DNA of 32,000 bases, taken from NCBI RefSeq assembly GCF_900232105.1, contig NZ_LT934425.1, forward strand, positions 2,970,001 to 3,002,000. The letters run 5' to 3'. Position numbers and translations under genes: made by a program. The notes under the pieces are model-generated. The model had not been told where the DNA came from. It made no database searches and worked only from the letters and a program-made list of their open reading frames with translations. Below, in pieces: positions 1 to 8,681 of the stretch; within the stretch, counting starts at the first letter, position 1, and each line of letters opens with the position of its first letter. Source of the stretch: Candidatus Kuenenia stuttgartensis (GTDB lineage: Bacteria > Planctomycetota > Brocadiia > Brocadiales > Brocadiaceae).

Positions 1-61
1 AAATGTTATACATTTTCTGTCGATCTTTAATAGATTTTTCTGTATCAAAGGTCGACAGATG

Positions 62-334
62 TTAAATAAATTGAATATCATCCTTTTTATCCATGCCATA
101 AACACATCTATCATAGTATTTCATTTGTCTGAATTTATAAACGATAATTGAATCGTTATCTTCACTTTTAATTATTTTTTTAAGTTCTAAAATCATTTTT
201 TCATATGCAGCTTCTGATATTTCACCTTCAAAAACCGAATTTTGAACCCATTGAAGATACTTACGGCAAGCCTTCACCATTTTTCCGCAATGCTTACTGT
301 TGACATCATAGTACAATATAACAAACATTACCAA
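62..334 (-). CDS. cas2: CRISPR-associated endoribonuclease Cas2 (likely start at the second Met, MFVILYYDVN)
   Basis: 90 aa; N-terminal MFVILYYDVN ferredoxin-like strand with conserved Asp, small size, immediately downstream of cas1 with a short overlap. Confidence 0.93.
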   Translation of the reverse strand: MVMFVILYYDVNSKHCGKMVKACRKYLQWVQNSVFEGEISEAAYEKMILELKKIIKSEDNDSIIVYKFRQMKYYDRCVYGMDKKDDIQFI

Positions 335-1323
335 TCCATAACAAAGGGTTTGTATGTTTCCTCTTCCATAAGATGTTTTTCCAGTTTGTAAAGCTCCAGC
401 CTCATGAGTCTTCGATAACTTACCTGTTTATTCAACCCGGAATGTTTAATCGTTTCTTTCAGACGTTCTTCCATGTATTGAAGAAATCGTTTTCTTGCGG
501 AGTCTTTTAATAGTATTCCGTTCAACTGTTTTTCAAAATCGTTTTCTGTAATGATTTTTTTGTTGAGTACGGCAAAAATTGTCCTGTCACCTATAACGGG
601 CTTAAATATTTCTGCCACATCCAGGTTAAGTGTGAATCTCCTGAAGTTGGTTGTGTGGAGAAACCCTATGCGCGGGTCAAGGTGTGTCTGGTATATTTCG
701 GAAAGCACATAGGAATATATCACTGAATTAGAGAAACTTATCAGGGTGTTTAAAAAATCTCTGGGCGGCCTTTTTGTACGCCTTTCAAAGGAAAACTCCG
801 GATCGTCAATAATACAATTAAAGGCGTTGTAGTATAATTGCTTTATCTGGCCTTCAATGGCCATTGCCTTTTCAATACTTTCCTGTTCTTCAAGTTTTGA
901 AAGAATATCTTCTATCCCGTTTATGTACTGCGTGAGGTCTTTCCCCCGTCTTTCATAATACTTCAGAATCTTAAGGCAGTTTTTTACGGCGCCCTCAATG
1001 AACTTCTTTGCAATAAACTGTCTTTTCGTCTCGTCGGTATAATGGTCTGCCTGTCTTAGAATCATAAAGCCTGAATTGTAATGCTCCCTGGGATAAAAAC
1101 TGCCGGCATAATAGCCGTAGTAATTAAAATAGGAGAGGACGATTTCGTTTTGGGATAGAAAGTTAAGCACCTTCGAGTTCAGATCCGTCTCTCCGAACAT
1201 AAAGATTTCCTTTGTGTTCTCAACGGGAATAAATTTCTTATTTCCATCTTCGGTTTCAAAGAAAAGGGTATTGTCTTTCCGTTTAAGGCGTCCGTTTGAA
1301 AATATATATACAGTTTCTTTCAT
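328..1323 (-). CDS. cas1: Type I-B CRISPR-associated endonuclease Cas1
   Basis: 331 aa; ETVYIFSNGRLKRKDNTLFFE N-terminus, NFLSQNEIVLSYFNYYGYYAGSFYPRE, family motifs RRTKRPPRDFLNTLISFSNSVIYS and HTTNFRRFTLNLDVAEIFKPVIGDR. Confidence 0.96.
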   Translation of the reverse strand: MKETVYIFSNGRLKRKDNTLFFETEDGNKKFIPVENTKEIFMFGETDLNSKVLNFLSQNEIVLSYFNYYGYYAGSFYPREHYNSGFMILRQADHYTDETKRQFIAKKFIEGAVKNCLKILKYYERRGKDLTQYINGIEDILSKLEEQESIEKAMAIEGQIKQLYYNAFNCIIDDPEFSFERRTKRPPRDFLNTLISFSNSVIYSYVLSEIYQTHLDPRIGFLHTTNFRRFTLNLDVAEIFKPVIGDRTIFAVLNKKIITENDFEKQLNGILLKDSARKRFLQYMEERLKETIKHSGLNKQVSYRRLMRLELYKLEKHLMEEETYKPFVMDW

Positions 1324-1329
1324 GATTGT

Positions 1330-1881
1330 TTACGACCAGCAAAATTCAAGATATGAGCACGTCTTGCAAAACTTTACCCAAACTTTTTCCGGGGCAGATT
1401 CTTGTTGAATCAGATATTTGATTTTTGCGATTAAATTTTCGACCTCTATTATGCGTTCATCTGTTAATTCTACTGGCACTACCTTTTTTTCTTTTGGTAT
1501 CCGGATCTCCCCTTTGATGGTTCGATCTTTTCTTGAAACATTATAAAGATAAAAGAGCAATTGCATTTGGGAAGCCTCAATCATCCTGGAACTCTTTTTC
1601 GTTTCAATTAAGGTAATAATGCCATCTTTCTGTCTGATAACGTCAATTTTACTACCGTCTATCAGTATTTCCTTTTTATCCCTTTTGTATGTTTCTTCTG
1701 AAAGCAGGCGACCGATAGCAATAAATTCATTATACTGATTACCCGATATATTCCTGGACATCAACCACGCCTGTCTTTGGCAAACAACATATGCCTGCAA
1801 TATTGACCCTGTTACTTTTAGCTGGTCAGACAAAAATAGCCTCTCTTTCTCCGACAGTCTTTTTAAATCCCTCCTGATCAA
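1330..1881 (-). CDS. cas4: CRISPR-associated exonuclease Cas4 (alternative TTG start at about 1833)
   Basis: KVTGSILQAYVVCQRQAWLMSRNI N-terminus, C-terminal Cys cluster CKTCSYLEFC, LIETKKSS nuclease motif, located between cas3 and cas1. Confidence 0.92.
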   Translation of the reverse strand: MIRRDLKRLSEKERLFLSDQLKVTGSILQAYVVCQRQAWLMSRNISGNQYNEFIAIGRLLSEETYKRDKKEILIDGSKIDVIRQKDGIITLIETKKSSRMIEASQMQLLFYLYNVSRKDRTIKGEIRIPKEKKVVPVELTDERIIEVENLIAKIKYLIQQESAPEKVWVKFCKTCSYLEFCWS

Positions 1882-4384
1882 GTCCTTTTTCTATGCTATA
1901 AAATTGATGCCAGTTTTCACAATAGTAAAATCCGTGCCTTATCTCTTCATCGATTATTTTTCTAAGTTTTCCATGTTTCGTATAACAGTTGAAAACATTT
2001 ATTGAATAAGGTATCAATTTCTTTTTAAATTCCTTGATTCTAATTGCATTCTCTAAGGATTTTTCTCCATCAAAAAGCGACATGTATTCGATCCATAATG
2101 TTTCACCTTTCTCATTATAAGGAATATAAATGGAAATCGTATCGCCATCAATCAGATGTACATTTCGGTCTACCTGTTTTAAAAATAGATTTCTTATGTC
2201 TGATATGTTTGTTTGAGAACTGTCAACAAAGGACATCTTGTTCTTTTGATCTATTCCATTTATAACTCTTTTGTAGAATTCTTGTAATTCACTATTTTCG
2301 TCAATGGTTTTTTTACTAAAGAACGCTTCTTTATTTGTTTCTCTTGATTTTAAATCTTTTCCATAAACTTTTTCACTTGCGTCGTCTTCGAATACAAACA
2401 TTTCACAACACTCTTTGCCGCTATTCCTGTTTATCCTGCCTGCTACCTGAACGATGCTGTCAAAAGGCGCATAAGCTCTAAACCCCACATCAAAATCAAT
2501 ATCAACACCAGCCTCAACAGACTGAGTCGATACAAGTACAATCTTCCTGTTTGCATCTTTACAGGCTATAAGTATGTCTTTTTTCCTTGCTTCTATAATT
2601 GTTGAATTAAGAAGGTACACCTCAAATTCTTCAGAGATTGTTTTTTCCTTTTGAATTTTTATGTATATATCAAAAGAATCTTTTACCGTATTTAGAACGA
2701 TAAGAATCTTGTTTTCTTTATTAAGTTTTTTAATCCGGTTTACCAATTTGTCGAATCTGTTTTTGTCATTTGATTCGTTAATTTTTAGTTTTTTATCAGG
2801 TGTTATTCTTGTCCTGTTAAATACTTCATGTTTGAATACTTTGCTGGATGTATCTTCAGGTATGATTTGATGAAATGTTGAATTTGTGAGAATATCCAAC
2901 CTTGGTAGTGTTGCGCTCATTACAATGAAATGGGTATTGAGAAATCGGCCTATTACATCAAACATATAAGCAACTTCCGTCCAAACTGTATCTTTATAAG
3001 CCTGAATTTCATCTATTATAACGACACTGTTAGCTATTTGGTAAAAGTTATAATTGGAGTTTTTGTCGTTTCTAAAGAAAAGGTCAAAGAATTTCACATG
3101 ACTTAGGAAAAGGACAGGTTTGTTGAAAAACAAATTATCAACATAATTTGCAAATACAGAGGTATCATCCTCATAATTGTCTTCATTGTCAGACGAATCT
3201 ATGAACCGCGAATCCAGCCGTGCCATATTTCTTAAACCTATAAATTTTCCAAGTACTTCGTAACTCTGCTCAATCAAATTAATAAAAGGAAAGACATAAA
3301 AGAGTTTTTTAATCTCTCTTTTCTCCATAATCTTTAGTGCTAAACGAAGTGAAATATTTGTTTTACCACCACCCGTAGGTATATTAAGAAAGAATGTTCT
3401 GATATCAGATTGTTCATCCAGGATATTCTCAAGATTGTTTTCTGTAACAACATTTAAAATTGAACGAATCTTGTTAAGGGCTTCTTTCCTTTTTTGATTA
3501 TCTGACCATTTAATATCCTCAATATTAACATTCCTGAGGGAGTTTCTATCTTTACTAATATTTACATTAAAATTTATTTCTTTTTTTTGATTAATTTCAA
3601 ACTCATCAACTTTATGGAAATTGTTAAAAACCTCCTCTTTAATTTCATTGCGTAGAATATCGTGATTGAATTTTTGCCCTGTCTTGAACTCCATTGTGGC
3701 AAAATAGTCAGACGAAATGAGACAGGAGTGAAACATTTTTACAAGAATGAAGAATGACATGGATTCTTTCGACAGTTTTCTTACAAGCTCTCTCATGCCC
3801 CGATCGTTCCATTTTTTCCAGAATCCTCCCGCAGACACTGCTTCAAGAATATTATTGTCAGGTATTTCATTAAGCTGTTGAAGTATATCAATCAAAACTT
3901 TTACATCAGCTCTGCATGAAAAGTTTTGTATATCATTAAGTATGTCATTTAATCTGCCATGATGTTTGTATACTGAATAAAGCAGTAAAAAAAGAATCAT
4001 GAACTCTTTGTTGTTGACCGTATCAGTTTTTTTCAATTTCAGAACAGCATACACCAGTACAAAAAAACTCTTATCACTATGTGTCGTTTTATTCTTTTCT
4101 CCATCCAGCTTTGCCTGAAATTCAGGAGTTAATTTGCCTATATCATGAAAAAACACAAATTCCCGCATGATCTTTAATAGCTTTTCATTGTCAACACTAT
4201 TGTCCACATCTATATCTGTTATTAACCGGTGGAAGATGTCCTCAATTTCATACGTTTGTATTATGTTGTCAAAATAAAATAATGTTTTGTCACAATGTGT
4301 ATGAAAAGGCTCCTTTACGCTATCTGTTTTTGAATGGGCAAATGCTTTAATATCTTTTAAAACTACATTAAATAAACTGGACAT
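1826..4384 (-). CDS. cas3: CRISPR-associated helicase/nuclease Cas3 (HD domain fused to SF2 helicase)
   Basis: 852 aa; HD motif FFHDIGKLTPEFQAKLDG, Walker A IPTGGGKTNISLRLAL, DEIQ box IIDEIQAY, VMSATLPR, VSTQSVEAGVDIDFDVGFRAYAPFDSIVQVAGRINR. Confidence 0.95.
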   Translation of the reverse strand: MSSLFNVVLKDIKAFAHSKTDSVKEPFHTHCDKTLFYFDNIIQTYEIEDIFHRLITDIDVDNSVDNEKLLKIMREFVFFHDIGKLTPEFQAKLDGEKNKTTHSDKSFFVLVYAVLKLKKTDTVNNKEFMILFLLLYSVYKHHGRLNDILNDIQNFSCRADVKVLIDILQQLNEIPDNNILEAVSAGGFWKKWNDRGMRELVRKLSKESMSFFILVKMFHSCLISSDYFATMEFKTGQKFNHDILRNEIKEEVFNNFHKVDEFEINQKKEINFNVNISKDRNSLRNVNIEDIKWSDNQKRKEALNKIRSILNVVTENNLENILDEQSDIRTFFLNIPTGGGKTNISLRLALKIMEKREIKKLFYVFPFINLIEQSYEVLGKFIGLRNMARLDSRFIDSSDNEDNYEDDTSVFANYVDNLFFNKPVLFLSHVKFFDLFFRNDKNSNYNFYQIANSVVIIDEIQAYKDTVWTEVAYMFDVIGRFLNTHFIVMSATLPRLDILTNSTFHQIIPEDTSSKVFKHEVFNRTRITPDKKLKINESNDKNRFDKLVNRIKKLNKENKILIVLNTVKDSFDIYIKIQKEKTISEEFEVYLLNSTIIEARKKDILIACKDANRKIVLVSTQSVEAGVDIDFDVGFRAYAPFDSIVQVAGRINRNSGKECCEMFVFEDDASEKVYGKDLKSRETNKEAFFSKKTIDENSELQEFYKRVINGIDQKNKMSFVDSSQTNISDIRNLFLKQVDRNVHLIDGDTISIYIPYNEKGETLWIEYMSLFDGEKSLENAIRIKEFKKKLIPYSINVFNCYTKHGKLRKIIDEEIRHGFYYCENWHQFYSIEKGLDQEGFKKTVGEREAIFV

Positions 4385-5165
4385 TGAACGGTTCTCCTTC
4401 GTTTTTATTTACAAGCGTATAAAAACCTGTTTTATCTTTTATGATAATTTCCCGCTGAGTCAGAACGAACACATCCTTTTTATAAAAACCTCTCGCATCA
4501 AAATCGTATGGCAGATGTTCATATATTGTGTAACCTTCATTTAATTTTTTTTCAAAGGGGTCGAAATCCTCAAAAGAGAATTCACGTAAAATATTTGTGT
4601 TCTTATCTCCCGCTTTAACTAACCCGCATACAGATGCTTCGGAAGCAGACAATGGTGCTGCTTCATATTCCTGATAATTCTCATGATAAGCAAAAAACTC
4701 ATTTTTCCCGAAATAAAGAGGGTATTCGGATTCTCTGTTTATTAAAAGTTTCTTTAGCTTACTAATCAGGCCATCCTGAATTGCGTTATTATCAAGAACA
4801 AATACCGTATATCTGATTTCTTGTTCTCCTATGAGGATTTGTTCTCTTATCTGCCATGTTTGTCCCTGGCCGCCAGAGCTTTTGGATGCAAGGCAAGAGG
4901 CATTATTAAAACCCGTAATAACTTTTTTCAAGGGTTTCTCATAATGGGGAAGTATTGCAATTTTCATATCCTTTAAATTTGTATAAAAGTCAGGATGTTG
5001 CTTTGCCTTAGATTCAGAATAACCGGGTATTCCGAGGATAGCGCCGATAATGCCTAACACAGCCGGTTTGTGCAGAAAATTATAGCTTATATACACCATA
5101 TCATTGGCATCGTTTTTCTTGAAGAAAGCCATATCACCCGCAAGTTCAAAAGAAAATACATTCAT
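4368..5165 (-). CDS. cas5: Type I-B CRISPR-associated protein Cas5
   Basis: 265 aa; N-terminal VFSFELAGDMAFFKKNDAND...HKPAVLGIIGAILGIPGY typical of the Cas5b/Cas5h group; operon context. Confidence 0.88.
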   Translation of the reverse strand: MNVFSFELAGDMAFFKKNDANDMVYISYNFLHKPAVLGIIGAILGIPGYSESKAKQHPDFYTNLKDMKIAILPHYEKPLKKVITGFNNASCLASKSSGGQGQTWQIREQILIGEQEIRYTVFVLDNNAIQDGLISKLKKLLINRESEYPLYFGKNEFFAYHENYQEYEAAPLSASEASVCGLVKAGDKNTNILREFSFEDFDPFEKKLNEGYTIYEHLPYDFDARGFYKKDVFVLTQREIIIKDKTGFYTLVNKNEGEPFNVQFI

Positions 5166-5186
5166 TGATTTTCTCCGGTATTCGTT

Positions 5187-5528
5187 TTATTTCTCTATTT
5201 TAAATAATTGTTTTATCCTGGATATTATTTCGGGTTTATATGAGCCCACCAGCGTTCCAAATCTCTTTTCCACTCTCTGTTTTGAAAGGGTTGCCAATTT
5301 ATCTATTCTAACAACGGATGGGTATAACAAGCCCACATCCTTCCAAGCATCTATTGCTATATCATATTCGCCTCTTTGTTCCATACTGGTCACTTTTGCG
5401 GTCACAATATCTTCTAAATCTGTCTGTGCTAAGACAACTACTGGTCTTTTCGCATCTCCTTTTCCATCGCTATAAGGAAATTTCAGTAGTAATATCTCGC
5501 CAAAATTATAGTTTGTCATATGCGGCAT
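5187..5528 (-). CDS. Type II toxin-antitoxin system PemK/MazF-family toxin
   Basis: 113 aa; NFGEILLLKFPYSDGKGDAKRPVVVLAQTD, TAKVTSM, YDIAIDAWKDVGLLYPSVVRIDKLATL; overlaps the antitoxin ORF; likely real start at the internal ATG ~5519 preceded by AAAGGA. Confidence 0.9.
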   Translation of the reverse strand: MPHMTNYNFGEILLLKFPYSDGKGDAKRPVVVLAQTDLEDIVTAKVTSMEQRGEYDIAIDAWKDVGLLYPSVVRIDKLATLSKQRVEKRFGTLVGSYKPEIISRIKQLFKIEK

Positions 5529-5700
5529 CCTTTTCGGAATATCCTTTCATAAAATCCCCGGCAACAGTATCTTCCCATAGCCTGTCTTCTTCGTCATCAA
5601 GAAAGATAATAATTACCTTCTTGTCTGTTTTGTAAGGAATTCTTTCCAATGGTTCTATTTTCCCATCATGACAAACTCCCTGTATTGCCGTAATAGCCAT
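5506..5700 (-). CDS. Antitoxin partner of the PemK/MazF-family toxin (ATG at 5700; upstream TTG at 5715 is an alternative)
   Basis: ~64 aa; MAITAIQGVCHDGKIEPLERIPYKTDKKVIIIFLDDEEDRLWEDTVAGDFMKGYSEKDAAYDKL; DGxIxPLE N-terminus as in DUF104/AF2212-like antitoxins; GGAGG eight nt before the ATG; overlaps the toxin start. Confidence 0.8.
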   Translation of the reverse strand: MAITAIQGVCHDGKIEPLERIPYKTDKKVIIIFLDDEEDRLWEDTVAGDFMKGYSEKDAAYDKL

Positions 5701-5733
5701 AAAGTTCACCTCCAATATAAAGCTGAAATAAAA

Positions 5734-6714
5734 TTAATGCGTATTATTGGATTGATCCTTTTTAATAATTTTGTCACGGCCTTCAACAGTTATCATATCG
5801 TTATCGTAAACCAATTCAACATTTTCAATATCATCGCGGTATTTTCCAAGGGTTGCAGCAATTGTAGACAAATCAACGGATGTTTTACCCTTTTCCTTTG
5901 ATATCTTAACAAAGTTTTTTAAGGTTGGTATCTGTTTCTTTGAGTCTTCAAGCATTTTTATAAACAGAGTAAGGATGTTTTCAGACCCTATTTTTGATGC
6001 GGTATTCAGGTTTGTCACAGCATTCTTCAAGGCTTCTTTTAGCTTGTCTATATCTGTGGTATTAATCTTCATCTTTTCTTGCACTTCTGAATTATCTTCA
6101 TAGTGGTTAAGTATATTTTGTGGGTTTATAACAAAATCATACACATAGCAAACTTCCTTTGCTTTGTTTTCGTTGCCTATTGTTGAGCTTTTGTCTCCTG
6201 AATCTGTCGCGTATGGAGAGAGTATGTCGTTTGCGAAGATAATGTTTTCTTCGTACTTATTTACGCCATAACTTATCTGAACCGGTCCCGTTAGAGATAT
6301 GTTCTTATTATCTTCTTCCACACCAGATTTCATAGCGAAAGTTATTCCAAATAGTTTTGTATCGATACATTCAGAAAAAACTTCCAAGGGAGTGTTTTTA
6401 TTTAGTTTAGCTTTCATGTTGTTGTATCTTTCTTCAAGGGTATTTGGCAGATACTTTCCGTTATCTTCTTTAAAGGTTTTCCACACAAAGACATTCTCTT
6501 TGTTATCTACCCAGTATTTTCTCATGGCATATTTCAGAGCCTTATCGGTTGCGTAGATAGTCCCGTTCTCATCAGGCAGTCTCCTTGGATTGCCCGTAAA
6601 ATCCGCATTGAAGTTGCTGTTTTCACTTTTTATCAGGACAATTCCATAACATCTATTCTTGAATTCGCCGTTATCTTGTTTTTTTACCTTTGTTTCTTCT
6701 TTTATCTCGCTCAT
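5734..6714 (-). CDS. cas7: Type I-B CRISPR-associated protein Cas7/Csh2
   Basis: 326 aa; KNRCYGIVLIKSENSNFNADFTGNPRRLPDENGTIYATDKALKYAMRKYW, KLFGITFAMK...LTGPVQISYGVN; 4-nt overlap with cas8b. Confidence 0.93.
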   Translation of the reverse strand: MSEIKEETKVKKQDNGEFKNRCYGIVLIKSENSNFNADFTGNPRRLPDENGTIYATDKALKYAMRKYWVDNKENVFVWKTFKEDNGKYLPNTLEERYNNMKAKLNKNTPLEVFSECIDTKLFGITFAMKSGVEEDNKNISLTGPVQISYGVNKYEENIIFANDILSPYATDSGDKSSTIGNENKAKEVCYVYDFVINPQNILNHYEDNSEVQEKMKINTTDIDKLKEALKNAVTNLNTASKIGSENILTLFIKMLEDSKKQIPTLKNFVKISKEKGKTSVDLSTIAATLGKYRDDIENVELVYDNDMITVEGRDKIIKKDQSNNTH

Positions 6715-8678
6715 TTTTTATCCTCCTTTGATTTGGCATAGAAAATATTTTCGTTACTATTGAAATAACCGGCATAAAAAAGTGTTTTTAAATCCCTAGT
6801 GAATTTCTCTTCTTTGTTATCATAAAGAAACCCCCACATTTCAGAAAACGTTTCATTGAATTTTTTAACATTAAGCGGAATAGCATGTTTGTATGCTTTA
6901 AATAAACTCTCAATTCTTTCCGCAAGCAATGCAAAATTTTGCATATTTATGAAAGGTTCGATCATGGTATGTGTTTTCTCGGAGGATTTTGACTGGTTTA
7001 AAAGATAGTAGGCAATTTGTCCTGCATAATAAGCGAAACTCTCTTTATCCGTAATCTTTCCTTCCCTTTTAATCCTTTCTACAGTTTCCATTTTTGTCTC
7101 CCTTTTGCTAAAGATATTGTCTAAGTCAAGATAAACATCGCTCATTTCTTTAAGGCTATAATAGGTTTTTGTATTATCTTTTTTCTTATCAAAAAACTCT
7201 TTAAGTCTAGCTTTCAAAGAATCAAAATAGATATCAGCCAAAATCTTTTGTGATAACCCCGCATATTTTGCTCTATAAAAATAGTCAAAAAGCGGCTGTC
7301 TGTATTTGTGTATTATGATATTCATATGGGGTGAACCTGTATCCACATCTTTTACGAAGTAACTTTTTTCAAGCTGATAGGTAAAAAAATATCTATTTAT
7401 TAAACCTTCAATGGTGAACAGGTTTTCTCCGTACATCTTAAATTTAAAACCGGTAATATAGTCAAAAGCGAGTATGTTCTCACCACGATTGTATATAATC
7501 AAGTAAAAGTCCAGTTCTTCATTTGAACTGGTTCTATATACTTCCTGAATAATCTCTTTGAATCCTTTTTTCTCTAATCTGCCTTCGTTTTTAAAAAGAT
7601 TAACAATCGCGGCTCTTTCTTTTGTATCAATAAATAAGGGGAATAAAGTAATGCTTAGCTTATTCAGGAAATATTCCTGAAATTTATAAATATCAAGCGA
7701 ACATGTTTCACATACCTCAATGTTGTAATCAATATATCTATTACAGTGTCTTAAGAAAGGTTTTCCTGAGTCAAGATTATGAAATGCATTTGGTATATAT
7801 ATACTTACATGTTCTCTGTTACAAATAGAACATTTCCCTTTTGAATATCTTTCCGGTTTATCTTCTGCAAATATTTTTTTTGAAAGATACCTTTCATACC
7901 ATTTTTTATAATTTACATAAAAGCTTTCCTGAAACTTAAATACTACAAACATTGAATTACCTGGAAATTTCCACTCATTCTTTTTTTCATCAAAAACAGA
8001 TAAAATATTTTTTAAATTTTCTATTTTATTCCATATCTTTGTAACGTTGATGTCCGACCCAATAGAATCAAATAACTTTATATAATTATCCTTCAACTCG
8101 TCATCTAAATCTTCCGGCAGACCTTTCAGAATGTTTGATTTTCTGTATGTATTTGTAAGTTTTTGTGCAAAACCTTCTTTGCAATTAAAAATATCACCTT
8201 TAAACCTCCCGGTACTTAATGTGCCGCTATCAAACTTGCCTTCAAAAATAAGCAGGTTGTACGAATTTGTGCCTTTGTTGCTTCCTATACTTTTATTACC
8301 TTTAGGATCATCAGAAGGTTTTTTTGTGTAAAGAGATAACGATTTTAGAATCTCTTGCCATTCTATATTTGCATCAGAAAGTTTCTTCAAGGTTAATAGA
8401 TGTTCGCCAGTATTTTTGATTTCCCATGAAATGTCGTTTCCCTTTTTTCCATCTAAGGTAACATACTGTTTTATTATAGTAATCCCATTTTCAACCGCAT
8501 CTTTCTCAATAATATCTTTAAAAACAAAATATGCATCATCAGGTTTTATAGTCGCCATATCCTCGTTAACCGGTATAACCATAACAGGTTTATCAAGTTT
8601 CCTCTCTACTTCATTCACCAGTGCATAAATTCCTGCATCCTCTAATTGTTTTGAAAACTCAACAATTTCTTTCAGCAT
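6711..8678 (-). CDS. cas8b: Type I-B CRISPR-associated protein Cas8b/Csh1 (TM1802-like)
   Basis: 655 aa; position between cas6 and cas7; two CxxC pairs (CSICNREHVSIYIPNAFHNLDSGKPFLRHCNRYIDYNIEVCETC) as in Csh1/TM1802 proteins. Confidence 0.88.
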   Translation of the reverse strand: MLKEIVEFSKQLEDAGIYALVNEVERKLDKPVMVIPVNEDMATIKPDDAYFVFKDIIEKDAVENGITIIKQYVTLDGKKGNDISWEIKNTGEHLLTLKKLSDANIEWQEILKSLSLYTKKPSDDPKGNKSIGSNKGTNSYNLLIFEGKFDSGTLSTGRFKGDIFNCKEGFAQKLTNTYRKSNILKGLPEDLDDELKDNYIKLFDSIGSDINVTKIWNKIENLKNILSVFDEKKNEWKFPGNSMFVVFKFQESFYVNYKKWYERYLSKKIFAEDKPERYSKGKCSICNREHVSIYIPNAFHNLDSGKPFLRHCNRYIDYNIEVCETCSLDIYKFQEYFLNKLSITLFPLFIDTKERAAIVNLFKNEGRLEKKGFKEIIQEVYRTSSNEELDFYLIIYNRGENILAFDYITGFKFKMYGENLFTIEGLINRYFFTYQLEKSYFVKDVDTGSPHMNIIIHKYRQPLFDYFYRAKYAGLSQKILADIYFDSLKARLKEFFDKKKDNTKTYYSLKEMSDVYLDLDNIFSKRETKMETVERIKREGKITDKESFAYYAGQIAYYLLNQSKSSEKTHTMIEPFINMQNFALLAERIESLFKAYKHAIPLNVKKFNETFSEMWGFLYDNKEEKFTRDLKTLFYAGYFNSNENIFYAKSKEDKK

Positions 8679-8681
8679 TCT

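Noticed and set aside
1-61. Possible CRISPR repeat or array fragment next to cas2
   Set aside because: Only a single inverted-repeat dyad is visible, with no second direct-repeat unit or spacer-length periodicity. An array may exist off-window but cannot be supported here.
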